Assembly (NCBI GenBank): GCA_008632985.1
Contig: QPGO01000265.1
Location: forward strand, 62,001-83,065
Direction: 5' to 3'
DNA from: Psammoneis japonica
Lineage: Eukaryota
Length of the DNA stretch: 21,065 nucleotides
In this document: piece by piece, positions 9,690-20,616 of the stretch
How positions within the stretch are numbered: the first letter of the stretch is position 1
Layout: the number at the start of each line of letters is the position of its first letter
Position numbers and translations under genes: made by a program
The notes under the pieces: generated by a model
The model's input: the letters and a program-made list of their open reading frames with translations, nothing else
Told to the model about the DNA's origin: nothing
Databases searched by the model: none

Positions 9690-12600
9690 GCCTTAAGCAG
9701 CATTTGAAGTTGCGCTACGCCTTGTTCCACGTCCAGAGATCAAAAAACCCCACCACCAAGGGATTGGGGTCCGTAGAGGATGAGGCGCTTCGTGTTCCTA
9801 TCACACCCACATTTGGTGAGTACAATCCTCATCGCCTTTTGTTGTACTGTACGTAACTCTTTTGGGAGAAATGTTGTTGAATTTGAGACGAGCACATGTG
9901 TCATTGAAGACAGGTAGCATGAGTGGTAAAACCTCCACGTTTCAGCATGATTTAGGGGGCAGGAGCGAAGAAAGAGGGCGGTGTTGTCACTCTTGGATTG
10001 GAGCTTCTTCAATTGGGTCTTCTGAGTGCCGATCGGTGCCATGTAGTGTCCAAGCGTTTTATGGGGAGTGTACGCGGAGAGTTGAGTGCTGGAATGGGAG
10101 GTTGTTCTATCTGCAGAAAAATTTTTGATGTTCAGGTCATCGTGGTAAGGGTGAATGAACGGTTCACAGTACTCCGTGAACTCCCACTCCACAGCATGGA
10201 AGGAGCACTTAGGCAGCTCAAGTTCATGTCCAGAGGCGTTAAGGAGATCGCACCAGAGTTGGTTATCCTGTTGGAGGGAAAAGGACAAATCATGTGCCGA
10301 AGGTTGTGGACTTGCGAGGAAGTCATTAACTTGTTTGGACGTATCGTCAACACAGCCGCGATTGTACACTCGGATGAAGAACCTGCCATCAGGTGTTTCG
10401 AAATATGCACCGATGGCTCTTGCATCGAAAATGTCAAAAAGGCGGCTGCATAAGGAGTTCCAACACCCGGGCGAATTGCCACTCCCTTGACCAGTGCCAT
10501 GCAGGGGGTGTGTGTCTGAGTGAGAACAGCTCCTCTGAGCCAATCCCAACAGTGTCCTGAGCCAATATCAAGCATGATGTAAAGTCACCATGTTGACTTC
10601 GACCGCTTGGGACTCCATTCCATCACTCCTTGAACATGAGCTGACGATTGCTGGAACATTCCTATCGAAGCAAGATGTGCAATCATCGTCACTCTTCAGC
10701 AACGTCTTTCGTGAGGCTCTTGACATTTCTAACATCAAATTCTCTAGGAAAACTGGGGTCTGTGCGGACAGGAAGGAACTACATCCGTAAATGCCTGGAT
10801 TGTACATTCAGTGGTTCTCCATGTGCTGGGCCAATTCACGCCACTTGACACTTGTAACAATCTGAAAATCTGCTTCACATGTGTGAATGACCCGCAGCCG
10901 ATGGATTTTGTTGTTTCCTGGCTCCTTGAATGTCATTACGTTGACAATGTCTTTCCAGCGGTCGTACAAATAGCCCCACTTCAGAGCACAGTTGATGAGA
11001 TGAAGGCGGATCGTGAACAAAGTTTGCTGGACTTGGTCTAGGTGCACTTTCTCTGGAGTCAGATTACCTTGGGCATCAAGGTCTTTTGCGCGAGCATGAT
11101 TGATGTACAATGCCTTCCAGTGGCCAAGATGCAAACCTGATTTCAGAGAAGTAGATGTGGATTCTGACCACTTCTTCAACTTTGATAAGAAAGCCTCAGA
11201 TGATAAATGATTCTTCACTGCTGGTGGTGTGCGTCGTCGGAGGTGCTGAACAAGCAACAAAGTTGCAAGATTCAAGTGACTAGCTTCGTACTCCCCATCT
11301 AAAATAAGCTCTGCCATGATCGCACTCCCTTCATGTCCCAAGTCAATCGACAGGGGAGGAACTGTCGGAGGTGTGCCATGGGCCAGACCAAAGTGACGTT
11401 GGTTACGTGTCTGTAGTGCTGACGCAACATCATCTGGAGCATCGACCGTCATCTAGTGTTCGCATGTCTTCGGATTCTCCTGTGGATTCTCTGGAACTTG
11501 TATGGTTTTGACACTGGAGTCCTCCTTCTTCTTGCATGCATTGATCTTGCAAAAGACTCGCTTTGTCTCCTCCACACAGTGCAAGTTCTGTAGGATTTTT
11601 CCTCGGCTTTGGACTTGTTGGTGCCTTCGAGTTCTAGTTCAGCAATTTTTGTATCTCATTCCGTGTCACGGTGTTTCTGGCTGTCGCGAGCAACTTGACG
11701 ACACTCAGACCGGGCTCGTCACAACACTGTGGAACATTCTTGAAGCGTTGTGGGGAGAAGAAAGGATGAAGAAAGTTGACACTTTGATCAGAGAATGGAA
11801 GGCACCACATCTTTCCGGTTCCTGAACATGGACATCACACACAACAACACAAAGACTTGCTTCCGGAGGTCCGCTAGCTTGATGGACCATTCAGGCAGGT
11901 CCCTTGCACCGTTTGCATTGTTTGGCTGCCGACAATGAGAACTGTAACATGTCACGGTCTAATCTCTTGGCAAGACTATGATTCCGTGCATCAGATTCAA
12001 AAAGGGCCTCCACTCGGGCAAGGACATTCCGACTTGTTATCAGAGGATCCATTGCTTCAAGATACGTAGTCACGTGTTTGGGTGATGATGCTTGGAGGTC
12101 TTGAAACTGAAATCTTGGTAAATCAATGGAAGGGCTTCTGAACAGGGCAACTGTGTCGAAGTCCACAAAATAAGCGTGATGATCAGATGACATTCGACAC
12201 CCAAACGATTCGTATCCACAGTGTCGTACAGCAGCTAAAGCCCCGGGGGTAGCTAGGACGTAATCCAGGTGTCGAGAACCTCGAACATAGGTTGAGAAGT
12301 CGAGATCTCTTCGTGTTGATGATACATGACGTCGGACATGTTGAATCGTTGTGCCATTGAAGCCAGGGTGTCGGAATCATGGCGAAAATTGGTGTTGAAA
12401 TCTCTGACAAGGATCACTTCATGGTTTGGGTCATCCAAAAAGCGTGCAAGGATGCATGTCAAATCAGTGCAAAAAGCTCTGCAAGGGTCGGGATTAGCTC
12501 TACCTTGTTGGTGGAGTAATGCCACTTGCTGAGCATATGTGCCGTTGTCTTGCCGGCAAGGGAGGAAGAATTGGTGTGCATGCTCTGTAGCACGACACAA

Positions 12601-13142
12601 ACATGACCTGATGGCCATGTTTCCCATCAAAAATCTGAACAGACCAGCGTCCCAATGGGTCTTCATGTTGAGCATGAAAGAGAATTACACGACATCAAGG
12701 CGGCGGTGCCGCCCGGTTTGTATGGAGTGGAGAAAGTAGTCTTCGATGACAAGCAGGAAAGTCTGCCATGATGTAGAGATCGTTTCACCGTGGATGTGCA
12801 ACTTTGATGGACGTGAAATTGCGTGGTGTCCAAACAAGTCTCTGAGATTCCGATGAGATCTGCCTGGATTTCGGTAGCTACCTGAGTGCAATCGTTGAAA
12901 TCACCTCCGGGTTGGTCAAATGAGCAACCATTGGCATTGAACGCGTACAATCGTGCATGGCCAGGTAATTTGGGGAGTAGTGGATCACCAACTGGGTCAT
13001 TCGAAGACAATTTGGTGTAGTCGATGGCAGTGGAGGGAGGGACATAATTTCTACCTGACAATGAGTGGGTCCACTGCTGAGCAGCAGAGTCAACTGCAGA
13101 CGAAGGGGCATCACCCCTCATGTTGAGGCTGTGCTTCCTCAA
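9690..13142 (-). pseudogene. LINE ORF2: AP-endonuclease and reverse transcriptase, many stops and frameshifts
   Basis: EN motifs FNANG, ADLIGISET, KPGGT, RDFN, SDH; RT motifs KEPGNNKIHRLRVI, DCTSCFDR, GTGQGSGNSP, CVDDT, LELPKC, KTLG, GPQSLGG. The frame continues as SLDVEQGVAQLQMLLK to about 9690. Confidence 0.9.
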
Positions 13143-13209
13143 AGGAAGGCTGAAGGAAGACTCTCGTCTGCGTCATGGAGTGGAGGCAGGGGGGACGACT
13201 GGACCTGCC

Positions 13210-14900
13210 TTACAAAAAATCCGAAGTATCGGCATCCATCATCGAAGTGTCCCCAGGAGGAGCATGAGCAGAGGCACCGGCTGGAGCAGACTTCACAGGC
13301 TTTTTCCGTTGCGGAGAAGATGGATCACTCGGAATTGCTGATGTGAATGTGTCTTGTGTCATTACCTGCAGCTGTGTAGCCAGAGCAGTTTGTAACTGGG
13401 CGGCAATGGTAGCTTGTAACTGAGTAGACAAGGTTTAGAGAGACTCTTGGTGCTTCTTTTCGAGTGCCACAAAGCGCTTTTCTTGGTCCAGTTGATTTTT
13501 TATAACGAGTTGTTGCAATTCTGCAATCTCAGTCGACTGGTTAGACATGTCAGAGATTGGAATGGCGCCAGGGGGATCACTGCTCCTGGGGTGTTCTGCA
13601 ACACTTGAGAACATGGTGGAAAGCTACCTTGAACGCCTGCACTCTTGGAAACCAGAGGACCTTCAGAGTCAGCTGACTGAGGAGGAGCTGCTGAAGCAGC
13701 TGGAGAAATGTTGGAAATGTCTAAGGAGGCCCAACTCTGGACACTAGCAGAAGAAATGGATTGGACTGCATCGGACATGTCGTCGCTAATTCCGGGAATC
13801 ATGGGTTTGATTTGGCTATCCGGGATTCCAGCTTCGAGTGTGATCTTATCGAACTGTTCTGGAAGATGTTCAGCAATATAATGTTTAGCCTGATGAAAGC
13901 AATCCTTGTCCACCAAAATGTTGTAACGCGGGACAGCTGTGAGTTTCTTGGAGGGGACAACATCTAATGCACCATGGACTTCCTTGATCGTGTCCGACAA
14001 ATAAAAGGAAATGGCTTCCGTGTAATGAAGCACTGGAATAACGTGAATCTTGGCACTCGTTTTGCATTGTTTGCGGACTGCTTTGTCAAAGGCTTCCGGT
14101 TGCGAGTAACGCCAGCGGGAAAGAACAATTGCCAATGGGTGTTCCTTCAAGACTTCCATCAGTGCATGAATCATGTCTTTTGCACGATCGTGAGGAGTTT
14201 CGATGGCGTAAAAAGTAGTGCGAAGGGATTGATCAAATGGGGAGGAGGCGGACTGAACAACAAGCCGGAAAGGTATTTTGGAACTGCTGCGTTGGGGAAG
14301 AAGAGCCATCAATAACTTCTGAGCTAAATCCGCGGGGCAGTGCTTTGGCAAGAGATCCACCAACAGGGCGACCCGGGAAAGATCCACAACAGTCTCATCC
14401 CAGTCGTGACGGCACACATAAATTCTGTTGTCTTTTAACACCTTGTTAATAAATGGGACACTCTGAACATCGGTGAGTGACAGAGACATGCGGATACGGT
14501 GGGCAATGACAAAGGTGGGAGACCGATGACGGGAGCCACCGATGCGATGCACAACAAAGTGTTGGGAGTGAGTAAGACCTGGAGTCCACTCAACGACATT
14601 GACATCAGGGATTTTGAGACCTCGATTAGACACAATCATCATCTTATTCATCAGTGGGTCTTGGGAAGCTTTCTGTTGGAGCGCATTGAGAATCGTTGTG
14701 TGGCCCATAGCCAACACCGTAGATGCGTTGTCGTCAGAAGAGGCAAGCTCAAAACGGATGGTCATCTCTTTAAGAGAAGAGCTCTCAGGTTTTCCGGAGC
14801 CAGTCCTGGTTGGAGTGGATGGAGTAGAGTCCTTATCAGGTGGAGGCTTTGGTTGAGGGTCGCCGGCAAGGCTGGCCTGCGGCGGAGGGGGGATCGTCAT
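13210..14900 (-). pseudogene. LINE ORF1 (frameshifted near 13530; C-terminal coiled coil)
   Basis: 473-aa ORF directly upstream of ORF2 on the same strand; heptad-like QLQATIAAQLQTALATQLQ in the downstream frame; ATG at 14900. Confidence 0.7.
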
Positions 14901-15081
14901 GGTGATGGGTTTTCGGTACAAAATTCACGTAGAATTCCACGTAGAAACTATTAACAGGTACTTACGCAGAAAAGTGCAGCAGAGCAACATGGAACATGGT
15001 GATAGAGATCCCTGTATCTACAGGCACCAGAGGGGGGGGTGATATTTTGAGACAGTGAAGTGTGCTTAGTTGAAGGGGGCG

Positions 15082-17662
15082 GTGCACTTCAAGTGCACTG
15101 GCATAATTTCCGGTGCACAGCGGTGCACTGATAAGTAAATTTTGACTTTCTTTCGTCCTTAAGTAGCTTTGTCAAAAGGGTCATTCGAAAACTCGAGTGG
15201 CGCACCATAAGAAAATCATCAAAAACTCGCATTTCTCGTTTGCGAGAGAGAAAACACACACTCGACGATGGCATCTTACGTTATTTTGAAGGGCGGCGGA
15301 TTCAACATAACGCAGCAAACCCGCTCTCTTGGTGAGTCGAGCTTGAATGAGACACTGAAGAAGTACAAGCTGGACACAACGTCACCAAAACTTGCAATTA
15401 CAGGAAAGAACAAAAAGACCGGCGAAGTGGGCACTGACACCGTTGCGACTAGTTCCATTGCACGGCATGAACCCATGTGGAGGCCATTTCATGACTTCTG
15501 TTACCTCATTGGTGACTCTGAAAGTGCCATGCTGCTGGCACGTGACTTGTGTCCATCAGATCCTTTTCCTTCGAATTTGGATACAGCAATCCAGTTTACT
15601 CAGTTCAGGACAAAACAAAAGGGCGAACCACTGCTTCACAACCGCACAAACGCTCCAGTAAAGGACCGGCATGGAAACCCCATCACCTGCATTGGTGATT
15701 GGAAAGGTCATTCTTCCATTGGGCTCTTCCGCACTGCCATGAGCAAGCTTCATAAGCACTACGAAACGACCAATGGCGAACACCGAGAAATGTGTGCTGA
15801 TTGTCGTGAGATTGGTGAGGAGGAAGCCCGAAAGGGCACTGGATGCCTCAAACACCCTGGTGATCCCCATTTCTGGCATCGTGGAAATACCACCAAACAT
15901 GAAGATTTCAAGGCTGCAATTGACCAATGGCAAGACTATGCATCGAACTACTACGAAGCTAGAAGTGCTTTTGCATTCTTGCCGGGCGAGGTGCGGGCTA
16001 TTCGAGACTACTGTTCGTCACATAATGACAAGTATCATCTAATGCTGTGGACTATCATTGTTGTTGGTACAAAGTCATTTCTACGCTGCGAAGAGGTTTA
16101 GGAGATGACGGTTGAAAAGTTTGTCACCGAGTACTTCCAAGTAACAGAAAATGCCGTCAAGGGTCTCTGCACCAAAATCCGTGGCAAGCATGACGACAAG
16201 GATCTTCATTTCATGGTTTGGGACGATGAAGAATGTCCTGAATTCTCAGGAACTATTGCTATTCTCATTTGGATGCATTGTTCTGGCATCAAGTCGGGCA
16301 AGTTGTTTTCCACTAGAGACGAGTTGGAGCTCAACAATGAACATCACGACGAAAATTATCCATATGACTCGCTCCTGGATTTTTTCAAGTTTGCTTGCGA
16401 AACCATTCTGGGAAGGGACATTGATAAGATGTCAACTGAAATCATTGGACCACACATTCTTCGAAGGACTGGCTTCGCGTTTGCCAAATGGGGCTCTACG
16501 CGTGACGGAGGGCGGCTGGGTGAGATGGCCGAAGCGAATATTTTGCTGAGCGCTCGTCACAAGCATGTGTCAAGCACCGCGACTTACCTTTCTGACAGTG
16601 GTACATTGAAGACTCTAGTTGACAGGGAAAAGGACAAGGATGCTCACCGTGTTGGTAAATGGGAGCCCATCCATGTGAAGCATCTTTTTTCATTTGCATC
16701 CGTCATGGTGGACTCTGCCAGGTACCGAAATCCTCTGCCAGAACTTGCTGATTGGTATGTCACGGAACTGCTTGGTGTGCAGCAGAGCAACTTATTGACC
16801 GTCAAGCAACTGTTCGCAAAAGCTACATCATACACGCCGAACTTGCCTGATGAAGAAGAAATGAAGCAGTTCTTGATTCATGAGCTTGGATCCAGCAAGG
16901 CAGAGGTGGTGATGCGAATGCACGATAAGTCGGCTGCAGAAAGAGTGCGTGCTGCACAGTCTACAACTTTTGAAGTACTCACCAACACCAACAGTACAAG
17001 GGAGAAGCAAGCTGCTACTGTCCCAGCTCAAGATGAAAGGAACACCAAAAAAACCAAGTCCACAGGTGACACCATCGTCCAGTTTGATCGTGACTGCCAA
17101 TCTGAATTTAAATCCACCAAGGATGCTGCTGCCAAGGTTCAGGTATTTGTGGATGCATGTCAGGACATGAAAGGTCAGGTGTGCGCCGGTAAGTTTTTGG
17201 AAGATCCTATCAAAAGCTTTGCATATCGAGCCGCTAGGGTCGTACAGTGCCTTGACGACTGCTACGAAAGCAAGGTTGATTGTTTTTTGCAAGAGAATTC
17301 TGGGCCCCTGTCAAAGTTCAGGACGTGCAACAAGGGTGTCAATCACAAGCCTACATTCGACATTGCAAAACTGTAAGAGGACGGAACGTACCAACACATA
17401 GAAATACATAGCGTTGTTCATCATTGTCAACAGCAGCATCGCGCCGTGCTTCACTCGTTCGCGTTTCGGCGAGCGACTCTAAATTCTGGTGAGCGTTAGC
17501 GCCTCCGTAGTTTTTCTACGACTAGAAGTACTCTCTAGTAGGTACGATCAATACCACGACTACCCACGACCTCGCGTGACGTGTACTTCGGTCTATACTG
17601 TGCTCTGCAGGCTCCAGTACTGATTCTACGTGAGTGCACGGTGCACAGCACAGATGTGCTGT
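15082..17662 (+). mobile_element. Crypton-like tyrosine-recombinase DNA transposon
   Basis: Lone YR gene with no RT; flanked by 11-bp direct repeat CGGTGCACAGC (15111-15121, 17639-17649) and GTGCAC-rich palindromes; exact ends uncertain. Confidence 0.7.
15268..17376 (+). pseudogene. Tyrosine recombinase (~700 codons) with one in-frame TAG at 16099-16101
   Basis: Catalytic pattern R (FLRCEE), K (RGKHD), HxxR (HILRRTG), H (SARH), Y (TATYL); ORFs 15268-16101 and 16105-17376 share a frame. Confidence 0.88.
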
Positions 17663-17692
17663 ATCTAAGTAGGAATGACACGATCCACTAAG

Positions 17693-20616
17693 ACAAACAC
17701 GACGTCAACGATTGGTCCATCAAGGTCCCCAACGGTCTGCAGCGCATCACCACCCTTGATGGTTACATCATCCCCATTGACATCAAAGGCGGCCTTCCAT
17801 ACATCGCCATGCGCCCACACACTGATGCCAAATGGGACACCTTGCCACACGTCGTCCTCACTGGTGATGACACTTGGGACCCATCTGTCCTCGACCACCA
17901 GTTCACCGACAATGAGACATGGTATGATGCCGTATCTGACCTCCAGGCTGACCCGACTACCAACCTCTTTGATGAGTTTGGCAACTATCGCCACCGTCAT
18001 GTCATCAACAACGCCATGCTTACGGACTCCGTCCTTGATGACCACCTGCTCCCAACGTCCGATTTCTTCTACGAATGCCATGAGCACGAGATCAATCCAA
18101 AGGATCCTGACTTTGAGTCTCTGCGCCCTTATTTTGGCTTTCTCCCGAAAAACACTGTCCGCCGCACTTTCGATTGCACGACGCAATGCGCTCGCATGTG
18201 CAGCATGCGACTGTTATATGCATATTCATAATTATATATTATTTATATGTCAATCGTACCACAGTCGTGGATACGTACAAAGGACAGAACGATCACACAG
18301 AGTTGATCGGATGTCAAAAATTGCAAATACGATCGATTGACGATGTTGACATCTTACGTGTCAATGGCAATCGTATCCGGACAATCTGTTGTCACGAATA
18401 TATTCTCCGAAAGGCCTTTTGTCTGTAGAAGCAGTGCAGAAGCTTTAGGCCATTGAGAACTCGTTCGGAGAAACCAAAAATCACAGAGCAAAATTTAATC
18501 TCATAATTTTCACTTTTCATACTTGATTCTACTTTTGTTTATACTCGTTCTTCGAGCATAGTGCACATGCCCGCCAGCACGCACTTGTAAAAGGCGTACA
18601 AAGTGCCCAACCCGGCCCTCAATGTCCACCACTGCAATGAACCCGTTGCCACCGACATGGTGTACTCTAACACCCCCGCCATTGACTCCGGATGCACCAG
18701 CGCCCAGCTTTTTGTTGGCACGGAATCCCTTGTCACGGACGTGTGTGGAACCAAGACCGACCAGGAATTTGTCAACACGCTTGAGGACAACATTTGTAAT
18801 CGTGGTGCCCCATCCAAGCTCATCAGCGACCGTGCTCAGGTTGAGATCAGCAAGAACAAAATCCTTGGCATCCTTTGTGCCCTCTTCATCTCTAGTTGGC
18901 AAAGCGAGCCTCAGCAACAGCATCAGAATTTTGCTGAACGTTGCCACCAAACTATGAAGACCATGGCCAACACCATCATGGATTGCTTCGGGTCTCCGGC
19001 TTACACCTGGCTACTCGCCCTGATGTACGTGTGCTTTGTGCTCAACCACACGGCATCTGCCAAGCTCCACTGGCGCACTCCCACCAAAGTGCTGTCCGGC
19101 TCTACTCCCGACATCAGCCCGCTCCTCCGTTTTCAATGGTGGAAACCTGTGTGCTGTCACCTGGATGATTCCGACTGGCCGTCCGAATCCCGTGAATTAC
19201 TTGGTCACTTTGTTGGCATTGCCGAACTCACGTGGGCCTCCAAATGATGTTCAAGATTCTTTCTGACGACACTCAAAAGATTCTCTACCGTTCCAACGTT
19301 CCGCCCGTGATCCGTCTGCCCCGAACCTGCATCTTGATCCTCCTGATGAGAGATCTGCTGAACCTGTCATTAAATCCTGCCATGACTCCGAAGATTTGCT
19401 GGATTCACCAGATGGGGAGGCGATCAGGATGCCCAAAATGCCGGTCTTTGACCCCAAGGATATCATCGGACGCACCTTCCTGATGAAGCCACAAGAGGAT
19501 GGACAACGCCACAGAGCTTGCATCGTCAAAGCCGTTGAGGACCACGACTGGAAAATCGGAGACAATCCTGAACTAGTTAAGTTCATTTGCTCCGTCAACA
19601 ATGACGAATACGAGGAAGTCCTAGCCTACAACGACATCATGCACCACATCGAGCAAGAAGACGAGGATGCTACCCTCTGGAAGTTCTGACGTATCGTGTC
19701 ACACGAAGGACCATTGCAACCCCATGATCCCTCTTGGAAAGGCTCAAGCTACAATGTCATGCTTGAATGGGAGAATGGGGAGGTCACATCCAAACCCCTT
19801 GCCATCATTGCCAAGGACGATCCCGTCACCTGTGCCATCTGTGCACGTGAGCACGGCCTCCTTGAAACCGAAGGATGGAGGCATTTTTGCAAGATAGCCC
19901 TGCGTCAGAAGAAGCTGTTCCGCATGGCCAACCAAGCCAAGTTACGCTCCTTTCGCACTGCACCATGATGCAAGTACGGACATGAAGTGCCACGGGACTA
20001 CAAGCACGCCTTGGCCCTCGATGAGCGCAATGGCAACTGCAAGTGGGGAGAGGCAACGGACCTCGAGATGACTCAGCTTGATGAGTACGAGGTCTTCCAT
20101 GACTGCGGACATTACAAAGATTCCAGCACCCCATTGGGACACAAGAAGATCCGGGTGCATCTTGTCTACGACGTCAAACATGACAGACAGCACAAAGCAA
20201 GGCTGGTTGCCGATGGACACCTTACGGATGTGCCCGTCAACAGTGTCTATTCCGGAGTAGTGTCTCTTCGCGGCCTGCGAATGATGATCTTCCTAGCCAA
20301 ACTCAACGAACTAGAGACTTGGGCCACCGACATTGGGAATGCCCATCTTGAAGCTACGACCAAGGAGAAACTGTACATCGCAGCAGGCCATGAATTTGGC
20401 AAGCTAGAAGGACACATCCTTGTCATCCACAAGGCCTTGTATGGACTCCGCAGCTCTGGCCTCAGATGGCATGAACACTTTGCCAATTGCCTGCGTGCTG
20501 AAGGATTCTTCCCGTGCAAAGCCGAACCCGACATCTGGCTGCGCAGGAATGGTGACCACTACGAATGTGTGGCAGTGTATGTGGATGACCTAGCCTTCGC
20601 CATGAAGGACCCCCAG
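17693..20616 (+). pseudogene. pol: Diatom-type (CoDi-like) Ty1/Copia polyprotein fragment: integrase then RT, 5'-truncated
   Basis: LPHVVLTGDDTWDPSVLD; IN EPVATD, LISDRAQVEIS, SEPQQQHQNFAER; RT HKARLVADGH, ATDIGNA, KALYGLRSSG, YVDDL. IN before RT is the Copia order. Confidence 0.93.
18199..18565 (+). repeat. Solo LTR (367 bp) inserted in the Copia ORF; same family as 8892-9251
   Basis: TG...CA ends; 4-bp TSD CATG at 18195-18198 and 18566-18569; removal restores TTQCARMPASTHL*KAYKVPNPALNV. Confidence 0.93.

Larger units (their letters stand above)
9690..14995 (-). mobile_element. 3'-truncated, decayed non-LTR retrotransposon (APE endonuclease + RT; resembles diatom Ambal-type LINEs, clade tentative)
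   Basis: ORF1 plus ORF2 layout with endonuclease and RT motifs; boundaries approximate. Confidence 0.85.

Noticed and set aside
15082..15128. GTGCAC cluster as a CRISPR-like array
   Set aside because: Repeats are only 6-8 bp, irregularly spaced, in a eukaryotic TE context with no cas genes.
15268..17376. YR as part of a DIRS/Ngaro retroelement or prophage integrase
   Set aside because: Neighbouring RTs belong to a LINE on the opposite strand and a Copia with its own DDE integrase; no phage genes or DIRS-type repeats seen.
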